DNA of 64,000 nt from Desulfobaccales bacterium (GTDB taxonomy: Bacteria; Desulfobacterota; Desulfobaccia; Desulfobaccales; 0-14-0-80-60-11), in the NCBI GenBank assembly GCA_049580385.1, contig JBAUPV010000030.1, positions 926,190-990,189 of the forward strand, given 5' to 3'. A model generated the notes under the pieces. It did no database searches, was not told the DNA's origin, and worked only from the letters and a program-made list of their open reading frames with translations. Both the position numbers and the translations under genes were made by a program. This document shows positions 30,191 to 39,709 of the stretch, one piece after another; the first letter of the stretch is position 1, and every line of letters begins with the position of its first letter.

Positions 30191-30571
30191 ATGCCGGCGC
30201 GCCTTGCCAGCGGCCGCTCCCGGCGCGCTGCGGAACTGTTGCGGGAGCGTCTGGCCCTGATTTTGCTTTACAAGTGCGCCGATCCCCGGCTTCGGGAACT
30301 CACCCTGACCCGGGTGGAGATGACCCCGGATTTGAAGCAGGCCCGGGTCTATTACGCGGCCCGACCCGAGGTCGACCCCGAGGGGTTGCGCCGGGCCCTG
30401 GACCGGGCCCTGGGGTTCATCAAGCAGGAGGTGGCCCGGGAGAACCTTTTCCGCCTGCTGCCGGAAATCAGTTTTTTGCCTGATCCGGGTCCGGATGAGG
30501 CGGCCCGGCTGGAGGAATTGTTTCGGAAAGCGGGGATTTCCCCAAAATCCGGAGAACCACTGAAGGAATGA
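30191..30571 (+). CDS. rbfA: ribosome-binding factor A
   Basis: 126 aa. Motifs DPRLRELTLTRVEMTPDLKQARVYY and FLPD. Conserved operon position. Confidence 0.9.
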   Translation: MPARLASGRSRRAAELLRERLALILLYKCADPRLRELTLTRVEMTPDLKQARVYYAARPEVDPEGLRRALDRALGFIKQEVARENLFRLLPEISFLPDPGPDEAARLEELFRKAGISPKSGEPLKE

Positions 30572-30604
30572 ATTGCCGCATATCCCTCTGGAAGGAAAAG
30601 CATC

Positions 30605-30904
30605 ATGAAAAGAGGCCCGGAGCAAATCCTTCAGGTTATTGAAGCTCATCGCCAAGAGATCAAAGGGTTCGGCGTGCTCCGGCTGGGCCTGTTCGGTTCC
30701 GCCGCCCGGAGCGAGGCCACGGAAACTAGTGATTTGGATTTTTTGGTCGAGATGGAGCCTAAGACTTTCGACTCCTACATGGACTTGAAGGAATTCTTGG
30801 AGCAATTATTCAGGTGTAAGGTTGATTTAGTCGTAAAAGAGGCCCTTAAACCTCGCTTGCACGGACCGATATTAAAAGAAACGATCTATGCCCAAGGATT
30901 ATAA
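30605..30904 (+). CDS. MNT-type nucleotidyltransferase (antitoxin-like partner of HEPN/DUF86 toxins)
   Basis: 99 aa. The motif LGLFGSAARSEATETSDLDFLVE (GS...D.D) is typical of minimal nucleotidyltransferases of HEPN-MNT modules. Confidence 0.8.
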   Translation: MKRGPEQILQVIEAHRQEIKGFGVLRLGLFGSAARSEATETSDLDFLVEMEPKTFDSYMDLKEFLEQLFRCKVDLVVKEALKPRLHGPILKETIYAQGL

Positions 30905-30923
30905 AGAAAATATTAAAGATTAA
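30888..30923 (+). pseudogene. 11-codon remnant of the cognate HEPN/DUF86 gene
   Basis: ATG overlapping the MNT 3' end by 17 nt. It encodes MPKDYKENIKD*, which matches the usual DUF86 N-terminus (M.KDY.l.l.DI...) and then stops. truB starts 10 nt later. Confidence 0.5.
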
Positions 30924-30932
30924 GATACCCAT

Positions 30933-31931
30933 ATGATCTCCGGCATCCTGCTCATTGATAAACCGGAAGGAATCACCTCCTTCGAGGTGGTCCGCCGGAC
31001 GCGCCGGGCGCTGAAATTGCGGAAGATCGGCCATCTGGGCACGCTGGACCCATTCGCCACCGGGCTCTTGCCTCTGTGTCTGGGGGAGGCTACCAAGCTG
31101 GCGCCTTATTTGCTGCCGGGGCCCAAGAGCTACCGGGCCACCCTGAGGTTGGGGGAGGCCACCGACACCCAGGACCTTACCGGGCGGGTAGTGTCACGCA
31201 CGGAGAAGCTGCCGGAGCCGGAGGAGGTTAAGCGGCTGGCCGCCACCCTGGTGGGCGAGATCTTGCAGACGCCCCCCATGTACTCGGCCCTCCACTATAA
31301 AGGAGAGCGCCTTTACCGTCTGGCCCGGCGGGGAGAGACGGTGGAGTTGCCGCCCCGGGCGGTGACTATCCACCGCCTGGAGGTGGAGAAGATGGAGATG
31401 GACCGGGTCACTTTTATGGTGGAGTGCTCCCAGGGTACCTACATTCGCACCCTGGCCGCCGATTTGGGGGAGATGCTGGGTTGCGGCGCCCATCTGCAAG
31501 CCTTGCGGCGCTTGCAGGTTGGGGCTTTTCAGGTGGAGGCGGCGCTTTCGCTGGCCGCCCTGGAAGAAGCCGCGGATGCCGCTCGGGAGGCCCCCGCAGC
31601 GCTGGCGAAGATGCTTCTGGCGCGGATTATTCCCTTGAGCAGTTGTCTGCCGGGAGTCCGGCAGGTTGCCGCCAGCCCCGGGGAGGCCGCCAAATTGCGC
31701 CAGGGGCGGGAGATCATCCGGCCGCCGGAAGATTTCACCCCGGAGGAGTTGGTGCAAATCCTCGGCTTTGGCCAGTTGCTGGCGTTGGCCAGGGTTCGGC
31801 TCCGGGCCGCCGGGGTGGTATTGGCGCCCATCAGGGTGTTTGCCGCCATCCCGGAGGGAGCAGCCAGGGATCAGGACGGAGGAGGGACCGGCGGCGCCGG
31901 GATCGTGGCAGGCGAGAGGAAAAATTTATGA
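30933..31931 (+). CDS. truB: tRNA pseudouridine(55) synthase
   Basis: 332 aa. GILLIDKPEGITSFEVV...GHLGTLDPFATGLLPLCLGEATK contains the catalytic Asp motif. Confidence 0.93.
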   Translation: MISGILLIDKPEGITSFEVVRRTRRALKLRKIGHLGTLDPFATGLLPLCLGEATKLAPYLLPGPKSYRATLRLGEATDTQDLTGRVVSRTEKLPEPEEVKRLAATLVGEILQTPPMYSALHYKGERLYRLARRGETVELPPRAVTIHRLEVEKMEMDRVTFMVECSQGTYIRTLAADLGEMLGCGAHLQALRRLQVGAFQVEAALSLAALEEAADAAREAPAALAKMLLARIIPLSSCLPGVRQVAASPGEAAKLRQGREIIRPPEDFTPEELVQILGFGQLLALARVRLRAAGVVLAPIRVFAAIPEGAARDQDGGGTGGAGIVAGERKNL

Positions 31932-32094
31932 GGTGCCAACCTGGCAGCTTAGCTGCTGTTGGGAAAACCATTCGGATAATCAAGGTCGCCTTGGGCATTT
32001 TGGGTTTTTAGAGGAACTCAGGTTGAGGAATCATCCTGCAATCCTTGGGCTGAGCGCTGACTGCTGAAGGCTGACCGCTAAAAAGGAGGAAGAC

Positions 32095-32364
32095 GTGGGC
32101 TTAACAACTGAACAGAAGCAGGAGATTATTGACCGCTATCGGCTGCACCATTCCGATACCGGCTCTCCGGAGGTGCAGGTAGCCATCTTGAGCGAACGGA
32201 TCACTTACCTGACGGACCATTTCAAGACGCACGCCAAGGATCATCACTCCCGTCGGGGTTTGATCAAGCTGGTGGGCCAGCGCCGGCGCCTCCTGAACTA
32301 CTTGAAAAATAAGGATATCGAACGTTACCGGACCCTGATTGACCAATTGGGGTTGAGAAAATAG
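32095..32364 (+). CDS. rpsO: 30S ribosomal protein S15
   Basis: 89 aa. GTG start after AAGGAGGA. Motifs [36 protein letters not shown]. Confidence 0.95.
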   Translation: MGLTTEQKQEIIDRYRLHHSDTGSPEVQVAILSERITYLTDHFKTHAKDHHSRRGLIKLVGQRRRLLNYLKNKDIERYRTLIDQLGLRK

Positions 32365-32382
32365 GAGGCTCATCTGACGGCT

Positions 32383-34539
32383 ATGCCCAAAACATTTAAG
32401 GTGGAAATTGGAGGTCGCGACCTCAGCTTCGAAACGGGACGCCTGGCCCAGCAGGCCAGCGGCTCCGTTTTGGTTAGATACGGGGAGAGCACGGTTCTGG
32501 TGGCGGCGGTCATCTCGGAAGATACCCGCGAGGGTATTGACTTTTTACCCCTGACCGTCGATTACCTGGAGAAGGCCTATGCCGCTGGGCGGGTTCCCGG
32601 AGGCTTCTTCCGCCGCGAGATCGGCCGCCCCAGCGAGAAGGAGACTCTCACTTCCCGGTTCATCGACCGGCCCTTGCGGCCCCTGTTTCCCAAGGGACTG
32701 AAAAACGAGATCCAGATCATTGCCACGGTGTTGTCCGGCGATGTGGAGATCGACCCGGACATCGTCGCCCTGAACGGGGCGGCGGCAGCTCTGGAAATCT
32801 CGGACATCCCCTTCCAGGGCCCGGTGGCCGCGGTGCGGGTGGGAAAGATCGGGGGCCAACTGGTGGTCAACCCCACCAACTCGCAACTGAAGGAAAGCTC
32901 CCTCAACCTCATCGTCGCCGGAGCGCCGCAAGGATTGGTGATGGTGGAGGCCGGAGCCGGGATGATCTCGGAAGACGAGGTGTTGGAAGCCCTGTTTTAC
33001 GCCCAGGAACAGCTTAAGCCAATCCTGGAGCTGATTACCCGGATGCGCGGCGAAATCGGCCTGCCCAAGCGGCTCCCCCCGGAAGCCCCGGATTATGGCG
33101 ACCTGGCGGAAAAAGTGGCGTCCCTGGCCCGGGATCGAATCCTGGAGGCGGTGAAACCGCTTGAGAAGAAAGCCCGCAACCAGGCGATGTCGCAAGCCTA
33201 CAAAGAAGTATTAGCCGAACTGGGAGAGGAGGCCCTGGGAAAAGAGAAGCTGGTGGCCAATCTCTTCAAGGAGACCCAGAAGCGGCTGGTGCGGAAGATG
33301 GTGCTGGACCGGCAACTGCGCATCGATGGCCGCAACTTCAGCCAGGTCCGGGAAATCAGCGGCGAAGTCGGCATGTTGAGCCGCACCCATGGCTCGGCCA
33401 TCTTTACCCGGGGGGAGACCCAGGCCCTGGCGGTGACCACTTTGGGCACCCCGTCCGATGAGCAGAAGATCGAGACGTTGGTGGGAGAAACCTTCAAATC
33501 CTTCATGCTGCACTATAATTTTCCGCCCTATTCGGTGGGTGAGACCCGGCCGCTGCGGGGCCCGGGACGCCGGGAAATCGGCCACGGCGCTCTGGCGGAG
33601 CGGGCCATCTCCCAGGTATTGCCATCGGCGGAAGAATTCCCCTATACCATCCGCATCGTCTCCGAGATCCTCTCCTCCAACGGCTCCTCCTCCATGGCCA
33701 CGGTCTGCGGCGCCTCCATGGCCCTGATGGACGCCGGAGTGCCTATCAAGAGCGCGGTGGCCGGGGTGGCCATGGGCCTCATCAAGGACGAGGACCGGGT
33801 AGCGGTGCTCTCGGACATCCTGGGCGATGAAGACGCCCTGGGGGACATGGACTTCAAGGTGGCCGGCACCGCGGCAGGCATCACCGCGCTGCAAATGGAC
33901 ATCAAGATGACCGGCCTCACCCGGGAGATCATGGGCCAGGCCCTGACCCAGGCCCGGGAGGCCCGGCTGCATATACTGGGAGAAATGGACAAGATCATTG
34001 ATGCTCCCTCTCCCGAACTCAAGGAGCATGCACCCAAGATCATTGTCATCAGCATCAACCCCGACAAGATCCGGGATGTCATCGGACCCGGCGGCAAGAT
34101 GATCAAGCTGATCGTGGCGACTACCGGGGTGAAGATGGACGTCGAAGACGACGGCCGCATCCACATCTCCTCTCCGGACCAGAAGGCCGCCGACGAAGCC
34201 ATCCGCCTCATCAAGGAGATCACCGCCGAGGCGGAGATCGGCCAGGTCTATCACGGCAAGGTGAAGAAGATTATGGACTTCGGCGCCTTTGTCGAGATCA
34301 TCCCGGGCACCGACGGTCTGGTGCATATTTCGGAACTGGCTTACGAGCGGGTGAAGGCCGTCACCGACGTCCTCAAGGAAGGCGATGAGTTGGACGTCAA
34401 GGTCCTGGACGTCGACCGCCAGGGCAAGATTCGCCTGTCCCGCAAGGCCCTGCTGCCGGTGCCGGAGGGCTATACTCCTGAACCAGAGAGGGATAGAAGA
34501 CCACCACGCGGCCATGTACCGAAAAAGCGTTTTGACTAA
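32383..34539 (+). CDS. pnp: polyribonucleotide nucleotidyltransferase (PNPase)
   Basis: 718 aa. Two RNase PH domains, then KH and S1 (GQVYHGKVKKIMDFGAFVEI). Confidence 0.95.
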   Translation: MPKTFKVEIGGRDLSFETGRLAQQASGSVLVRYGESTVLVAAVISEDTREGIDFLPLTVDYLEKAYAAGRVPGGFFRREIGRPSEKETLTSRFIDRPLRPLFPKGLKNEIQIIATVLSGDVEIDPDIVALNGAAAALEISDIPFQGPVAAVRVGKIGGQLVVNPTNSQLKESSLNLIVAGAPQGLVMVEAGAGMISEDEVLEALFYAQEQLKPILELITRMRGEIGLPKRLPPEAPDYGDLAEKVASLARDRILEAVKPLEKKARNQAMSQAYKEVLAELGEEALGKEKLVANLFKETQKRLVRKMVLDRQLRIDGRNFSQVREISGEVGMLSRTHGSAIFTRGETQALAVTTLGTPSDEQKIETLVGETFKSFMLHYNFPPYSVGETRPLRGPGRREIGHGALAERAISQVLPSAEEFPYTIRIVSEILSSNGSSSMATVCGASMALMDAGVPIKSAVAGVAMGLIKDEDRVAVLSDILGDEDALGDMDFKVAGTAAGITALQMDIKMTGLTREIMGQALTQAREARLHILGEMDKIIDAPSPELKEHAPKIIVISINPDKIRDVIGPGGKMIKLIVATTGVKMDVEDDGRIHISSPDQKAADEAIRLIKEITAEAEIGQVYHGKVKKIMDFGAFVEIIPGTDGLVHISELAYERVKAVTDVLKEGDELDVKVLDVDRQGKIRLSRKALLPVPEGYTPEPERDRRPPRGHVPKKRFD

Positions 34540-35764
34540 CGGCCTGCGGGTCGTTTCTGAGGAACTGCCCCACTTCCATTCGGTGGCCGTGGGGGTGTGG
34601 CTCAACGCCGGCTCCAGGGACGAGACCCTGGAAGAGAACGGTCTCAGCCATTTCTTGGAGCACATGGCCTTCAAAGGCACCCCCAGGCGCACCGCCTTGG
34701 AGATCGCCCGGGAGATCGACCAGATCGGCGGCTCCTGCAACGCCTTCACCAGTAAAGAGCAGACCTGCTTTCACGGCAGGGTGTTGGCGGAGCATCTGGA
34801 CCGGCTGGTTGACCTGCTGGGCGACCTGTTCCTAAACCCTCTTTACTCCTCCCAGGACCTGGAGCGGGAGCGCCAGGTCATTCTCGAGGAGATCTGCGCC
34901 CAGGATGACAACCCGGAAGACCAGGTGCAGATTGCCTTCAGCCGCCAATTTTGGGGTGATACCGCGCTGGGCCGTCCCATCCTGGGGGAGGCCGGGCGCA
35001 TCTCCGGGGTGAATCGGGAAGAGCTGCTGGCCTACCGGCAGGCCAGTTATCGCCCGGAGGAAACGGTGGTGGCCGCCGCGGGGCGGGTGCGGCACGAGGA
35101 CCTGGAGAATCTGGTGGCCCGCCATTTTGAGAAATTTGCCAATGGCCACCCCGCCCGGAGCCGCTCCGCCGCCAGCCACCATCCCGGAGTCAACGCCGTA
35201 GCCCGGGACCTGGAGCAGGTTTACCTCTGTTTCGGCACCCAAGGCGTCGCCGCCGGCGAGTCCCGCCGCTTTGTCGCCACCCTGCTCCAGTTAATCCTGG
35301 GTGGCAACATGAGTTCCCGCCTCTTCCAGGTGATTCGGGAGCAGTTGGGGCTGGCTTATTCCATTTTCTCGTTTCTCAGCTTCTTCCATGACACCGGCCT
35401 GCTGGGCATCTCGGCGGGGGTCAGCCCGGCGAAGCTGGAGGCCCTGCTGGCCGCCGTCAGCCCCGAACTAAAGGCACTAAAGGACGCCGCGGTGCCGGAG
35501 GCGGAAGTGCAGGCGGCCCGGGATTATCTCAGGGGATCCATCTATCTGGGCGCCGAAGACGTGGACCACATGATGATGCGGCTGGCCAGGAACGAGATCC
35601 ATTTCGGCCACTATATCCCTTTGGAGGAGATCGTTGACGGCCTGCTGAAGGTCAGCGCGGCCGAAATTCAGGAACTGGCCCGGGAGCTGTTCCGCCCGGA
35701 AAAATGGGCGGCTACCCTGATGGGGCCGGTGGCGCCAGGTTTCAGCGGCGCGCTCGACTTCTAG
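34514..35764 (+). CDS. M16-family (pitrilysin/insulinase-like) zinc peptidase
   Basis: The ORF-track start 34385 reads out of frame through the pnp 3' end. The real start is ATG 34514 (MYRKSVLTNGLRVVSE...), with the inverted zinc motif HFLEHMAFKGT. Confidence 0.88.
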   Translation: MYRKSVLTNGLRVVSEELPHFHSVAVGVWLNAGSRDETLEENGLSHFLEHMAFKGTPRRTALEIAREIDQIGGSCNAFTSKEQTCFHGRVLAEHLDRLVDLLGDLFLNPLYSSQDLERERQVILEEICAQDDNPEDQVQIAFSRQFWGDTALGRPILGEAGRISGVNREELLAYRQASYRPEETVVAAAGRVRHEDLENLVARHFEKFANGHPARSRSAASHHPGVNAVARDLEQVYLCFGTQGVAAGESRRFVATLLQLILGGNMSSRLFQVIREQLGLAYSIFSFLSFFHDTGLLGISAGVSPAKLEALLAAVSPELKALKDAAVPEAEVQAARDYLRGSIYLGAEDVDHMMMRLARNEIHFGHYIPLEEIVDGLLKVSAAEIQELARELFRPEKWAATLMGPVAPGFSGALDF

Positions 35765-35955
35765 TGCGGGAATTTCTTCCATAAGAGGGGATTATAAATC
35801 TACCTTCCCGGCGAATTATCTGTTGTAGGGGCGGGGTTTCCCCGCCCAGGGCGGCGAGACGCCGCCCCTACGGCAGAGACGGAATAGGGAGTCAAATATA
35901 TAATTGCCCCAAAAAAATCAGGTCCGGCCTGGAAACCAAAAATAAGGATAAGGCT

Positions 35956-36162
35956 ATGGATATCGATAATCTGACCCTCAGCAAACTGGTTAGGGAACTG
36001 AAGATGGCCGCGGAATATTGCCCCAAGTGCGCCGGGACCCGGGAAACCGTCTTCACCTCCCGGGGCCGGGACAATATCGTCAACTGCCTGGAGTGCGAGC
36101 CGCTTCATAATCTCCTGGCGACCCTGGAATCCGCCCTGGATTATCTGAAGCAGGGGCAATAA
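35956..36162 (+). CDS. small hypothetical protein with CxxC...CxxC zinc-ribbon-like motif
   Basis: 68 aa, with CPKC and CLEC pairs 25 residues apart. It is followed by a long A/T-rich imperfect inverted repeat (36166-36259). Confidence 0.5.
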   Translation: MDIDNLTLSKLVRELKMAAEYCPKCAGTRETVFTSRGRDNIVNCLECEPLHNLLATLESALDYLKQGQ

Positions 36163-36387
36163 AACAAGGCAAAAGTAAAAAGGCAAAAGTAAAAAAGGAA
36201 AAAATCCGAGATATTGGTTTTTGCTTTTATTTTGCCTTTTTAATTTTTACTTGTGCCTTTAGCGCGGCCTGTGGCCGCCAAGATAGGGCGGGCACAGCCC
36301 GCCCTATGAGTTCTGGAATATCTGAAGCGCGCGCAATAAGCTCTTGTTTGCATTTTTCCCTTGCCTGTAACCACGAGGGAGGGACAG

Positions 36388-36588
36388 ATGAAATCCTGGA
36401 ACTCTCTTACCGCCTATGTAATAGGGGTTCTTGTCGTGTGGGCGGCGATCTTCGCGGTTGGCTACCTCCTCCATGGCAGTACCCCTGGCCGTCCACTTCT
36501 CCATGTCTTCGGTGGTTTCCTATTGGGTATGCTCTCTATGTACATTGCGACGCGGGTCCATCCGTCCAGGCGGAAGGACCACACTTAA
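36388..36588 (+). CDS. small two-TM membrane protein
   Basis: GAGGGAGGGA, then ATG 36388: MKSWNSLTAYVIGVLVVWAAIFAVGYLL...FGGFLLGMLSMYIATRV. Confidence 0.5.
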   Translation: MKSWNSLTAYVIGVLVVWAAIFAVGYLLHGSTPGRPLLHVFGGFLLGMLSMYIATRVHPSRRKDHT

Positions 36589-36616
36589 CGGGTTTATGGG
36601 GCCTTTGTACAGATGT

Positions 36617-36710
36617 GTAGGGTGGGCACTGCCCACCGATTCCTTTTTCCTTAATGGCACAGAGTTCCAGAGATCGGGCCGTTCCTGATGGTGCGTGAGA
36701 CGCACCCTAC
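36617..36710 (+). repeat. MITE-like composite repeat, copy 1 (GTAGGGTG...CACCCTAC termini)
   Basis: gtagggtgggcactgcccaccgattcctttttccttaatggcacagag...ggtgcgtgagacgcaccctac. It is a near-copy of 37098-37180 in the same orientation. Confidence 0.8.
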
Positions 36711-36749
36711 AAGACCGATGGGGGTGATTCGTGATCAAGGCGTTGAGCC

Positions 36750-37010
36750 ATGGCCAGATTAGAATTTAAAGTGGAAGGCATGATGCAGCAGGGCGGCTTC
36801 CTGTGACTGGGCTGTCCGGACGCCGTGGGCGCCGCCGTAAAAATGCTGCCGGGAGTCGGGGACGTCCATTACGACCCGCAGCAGGACCTGTTTTCCCTCA
36901 CGTAAGATCCCCGGAGGGCCAGAGTCGAAGATATCTTTGCCGCGGTGGTGCAAGGGGGCAAGCAAATGGGCCGGGAATACCGGCCCAGGCTGATGCTTGG
37001 AGGTATGTAG
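36750..37010 (+). pseudogene. degraded heavy-metal-associated (HMA/CopZ-like) domain gene
   Basis: The reading frame gives MARLEFKVEGMMQQGGFL*LGCPDAVGAAVKMLPGVGDVHYDPQQDLFSLT*DPRRARVEDIFAAVVQGGKQMGREY. The HMA-like pattern (V.GM...C....V...L.GV..V..D ... i..ai...G) is interrupted by TGA (36804) and TAA (36903). Confidence 0.5.
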
Positions 37011-37097
37011 GGTGCGTCTTAGGCACCAAAGTGGGGCGCGTAAGACGCGCCCTACGGCTGGAAATTCTGAAACAGAGGCAATAAACTGCAAATATGC

Positions 37098-37180
37098 GTA
37101 GGCTGGGCACTGCCCACCGATTACTTTTCCTTAGTGGCACAGATCGAGCCGGCCCTCAGGGTGCGTGAGACGCACCCTAC
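37098..37180 (+). repeat. MITE-like composite repeat, copy 2
   Basis: gtaggctgggcactgcccaccgattacttttccttagtggcacagatcgagccggccctcagggtgcgtgagacgcaccctac. Confidence 0.8.
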
Positions 37181-37186
37181 GGCCCC

Positions 37187-37414
37187 TTAAAATTCCTCCC
37201 CCTCCTCTAAAATGGCCTTGTTGATGAACTTATAGAGGCTGCCGATCCATTCGAGTTCGTTCTCCAGCTCCGAGTTGGCGAAGATCCACTCGCCCTCCCG
37301 GTCTTTGGCAATGATGACGATCTCTTCGATGTCGTCCAGGTCTTGATAAAACTTCTCCACCACCTCTTTCACGGATCGCTGCGCCTTGGCAAAGGGAATG
37401 ATGTTTTTAGTCAT
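37187..37414 (-). CDS. small acidic hypothetical protein
   Basis: 75-aa ORF with ATG start and coding-like composition. No family recognised. Confidence 0.5.
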   Translation of the reverse strand: MTKNIIPFAKAQRSVKEVVEKFYQDLDDIEEIVIIAKDREGEWIFANSELENELEWIGSLYKFINKAILEEGEEF

Positions 37415-37597
37415 GTCGGTTTCCAGTTTTTCCTATAACGGAGCCTGTTGCCCTGGGATTTTGGAAAAAAAGCTTGCTCCTGCATTAATTGTTTAATGAA
37501 GCGGTCCAAAAATCAACGATAATTTTGTTCACCGGCGCTTTGGCCCTCCTGCCGGGGGGCATCCCCACCTCTGGGGCAGGTGCAACCGAAACCGCTT

Positions 37598-39310
37598 TTA
37601 GGGGCGGGAAGTCGTGGGGAGAACCACCGGAAAGGGGGTCCCATGTTGCACTTCTTCCTCCACCCGGTGATAGCGTTCCCGCAATTCCTCGATCAGCCGC
37701 TGTCCCCGATTCAAAGTTTCCCATACCCGGCGCCGGGAGGGGATCTCCGGCTGTGGCCCTGCCAGCTTTTTGAAATAGGGTTGGTTCAGGAGTTCATTCC
37801 AGAGGCTGAGGCATTTGGCAAACAGGTCGGGATAGAAGTAGGCCAGGTCCCCCTGGTTTTCTTCCAGAAAGACCACCGCGCTGCTCAGGCGCCGGGCGGG
37901 GGAACCCCGGTGTTTCTCATCGACCTGGGCCAATCGCTCCAGGACCTGCAACTGCTGGGCCTGGGTGAGATAGGTCAACAGCTTCAGCACCTCCAGGTGC
38001 AGGTCCGGGTGCTTGACAAAGGCCTCGCGGAATTCCCGGTTGAGCAAGTAGCTGTTCAGGAGCTTTTTGGCTGCGGCAAAGGTCTCGTGACTGTAGCGCC
38101 CCAGACGGCGCATGTTTTTCAGTAGCCAGGCCGACAAAAACTTGAGGCGCTCCTCATGGGTCTTGGTGGTGGTGATGAGCTCGCTGCGCTTGTAGGAAAT
38201 GGTGCCGGTGTGTTCGCCCCGGATGATGTCGGTCAGTTCCTTCAGGCTGCGGTTGGTGTCCTTGAGGACGTTGGGGCTGGCTTCCCGGCGGCCGTGCACC
38301 GGGTGGATGAGTTCCTGCTTGACCACCGACAGGGCCCGGTCCTCCAGGACATTGAAGCGGTTGTACTTGTGTTGCTGATAAGTGACCTTGAAGATCACCA
38401 CCCGGCGCCTCCGGTCCAGATAGAAGCCCTGGTCCCGCAAGTGGGGGTTGGCCTTCACTAGGGGCTGGGGGAGAGCGATGAGGGCAATCTTTTCGACCAA
38501 TGGATATTGCCTCTGCTCAAAGCCGGAGAGGCTGGTAATGGTGCGGTCCGAGGCCCCTAATACCTTGATGAGGTACTGCTCCTTGAGGCGGCTCAGCTTG
38601 CGGGCGAACAGGGCCGCGGAGGTGCGGCGCTCGGCGGCGATGGGAAATCCGTAAAGTTCCATCAGATACTGGTAAACGAATTCCCGTTCCCGTTCGTAGG
38701 AGGCGCTGTCCTGGTCCTTGAATTTTCCCAACCTGCAGCCGAAGGATTTGAGTTCGGTGTCCAGATCCGAGGGAAAGGAAGCATACACCCCCAAAAGGCG
38801 AAAATCTCCCTGGGGCGCCTGCCGGGCAATGACCTGGGCCCGGTCCATGCGAAAGAGAAATTCCGCCAGCTCCTCATAATGGCTCAGATCGGTAAGATCC
38901 CGGGAAGCGAACATCGATTTAAAGACGGTGCGGCGGTCCCGATCCAGGTGCGGCAGGATTTTGTCGATGTTTTCCCGGGCGCCGCGGCGTTTGCCGTCGC
39001 CCCAGGGATGCAGCAGATCGAACTGAAAGATCTCTTCCTGGTAGCAGAGGGGCCGGTTGAAGGCAACCAGGCTGAAGCTGGGAAGGTGATTGTATTCGGC
39101 AAAATTCTTCTCGAAAGAAGGCAAGAGTTCCCGGGGCTCTACCAATGGATAGGTGGCGTCGTAAGCCTCCAGCAGGCCTTTTTTGATGTGGATGTATTCC
39201 AGAAATTCCTTGAGGAGGTGACGATCCTGGAGGGCGGCCTGGCCCAGCGGGACGTCTGCCAGGGAGCAGCCATTCAACCTCACCTTTGCAAAGAAGTTCT
39301 GCCGCGGCAT
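37598..39310 (-). CDS. large hypothetical protein (570 aa), no recognisable domain
   Basis: The only long open frame here. ATG 39310 shares its A with the TGA of the upstream yjbQ-like gene (TGATG), indicating translational coupling. Confidence 0.7.
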   Translation of the reverse strand: MPRQNFFAKVRLNGCSLADVPLGQAALQDRHLLKEFLEYIHIKKGLLEAYDATYPLVEPRELLPSFEKNFAEYNHLPSFSLVAFNRPLCYQEEIFQFDLLHPWGDGKRRGARENIDKILPHLDRDRRTVFKSMFASRDLTDLSHYEELAEFLFRMDRAQVIARQAPQGDFRLLGVYASFPSDLDTELKSFGCRLGKFKDQDSASYEREREFVYQYLMELYGFPIAAERRTSAALFARKLSRLKEQYLIKVLGASDRTITSLSGFEQRQYPLVEKIALIALPQPLVKANPHLRDQGFYLDRRRRVVIFKVTYQQHKYNRFNVLEDRALSVVKQELIHPVHGRREASPNVLKDTNRSLKELTDIIRGEHTGTISYKRSELITTTKTHEERLKFLSAWLLKNMRRLGRYSHETFAAAKKLLNSYLLNREFREAFVKHPDLHLEVLKLLTYLTQAQQLQVLERLAQVDEKHRGSPARRLSSAVVFLEENQGDLAYFYPDLFAKCLSLWNELLNQPYFKKLAGPQPEIPSRRRVWETLNRGQRLIEELRERYHRVEEEVQHGTPFPVVLPTTSRP

Positions 39311-39708
39311 CAATCCTCCATGACCTTGAGGTGCAGACGCCGGGAGCGGGGCCCATCAAATTCACAGAGATAGATCCCCTGCCAGGTTCCCAGCACCAGG
39401 CGGCCGCCGCTGACCATGAGGGTGAGCTGCGGCCCCAGCAGGGAGGCCTTGACATGGGCCGGGGAATTGCCTTCCAGGTGGCGATAAGGCTCCTGATTGC
39501 TGATGATCTTGCTAAGGACCATGAGAATGTCGGACTTGACACTGGGGTCGGCGTTTTCATTAATGGTGAGAGCCGCGGTGGTGTGGGGCACGAAGAGGTG
39601 GCAGAGGCCTTCGCGGACGCCGCTCTCCTGGACGGCAGCCTCGATTTGCCGCGTGATGTCCAGAAATTCGTTGCGGCTGTTGGTGGAGAGCGTCAGGGTC
39701 TTAAACAT
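39310..39708 (-). CDS. YjbQ/UPF0047 family protein (secondary thiamine-phosphate synthase-like)
   Basis: 132 aa. Family-typical motifs: EFLDIT, GLCHLFVPHTTAALTINENADP, HLEGNSPAHVKASLLG and GTWQGIYLCEFDGPR. Confidence 0.85.
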   Translation of the reverse strand: MFKTLTLSTNSRNEFLDITRQIEAAVQESGVREGLCHLFVPHTTAALTINENADPSVKSDILMVLSKIISNQEPYRHLEGNSPAHVKASLLGPQLTLMVSGGRLVLGTWQGIYLCEFDGPRSRRLHLKVMED

Positions 39709-39709
39709 G

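Noticed and set aside
36804-36806. In-frame TGA in the HMA-like frame (and TGA 43372-43374 in the membrane gene) as selenocysteine codons
   Set aside because: The HMA frame also carries an in-frame TAA inside the domain, so it is simply decayed. For 43372 no SECIS-like hairpin lies at the expected distance, and no Cys/Sec-containing motif is evident.
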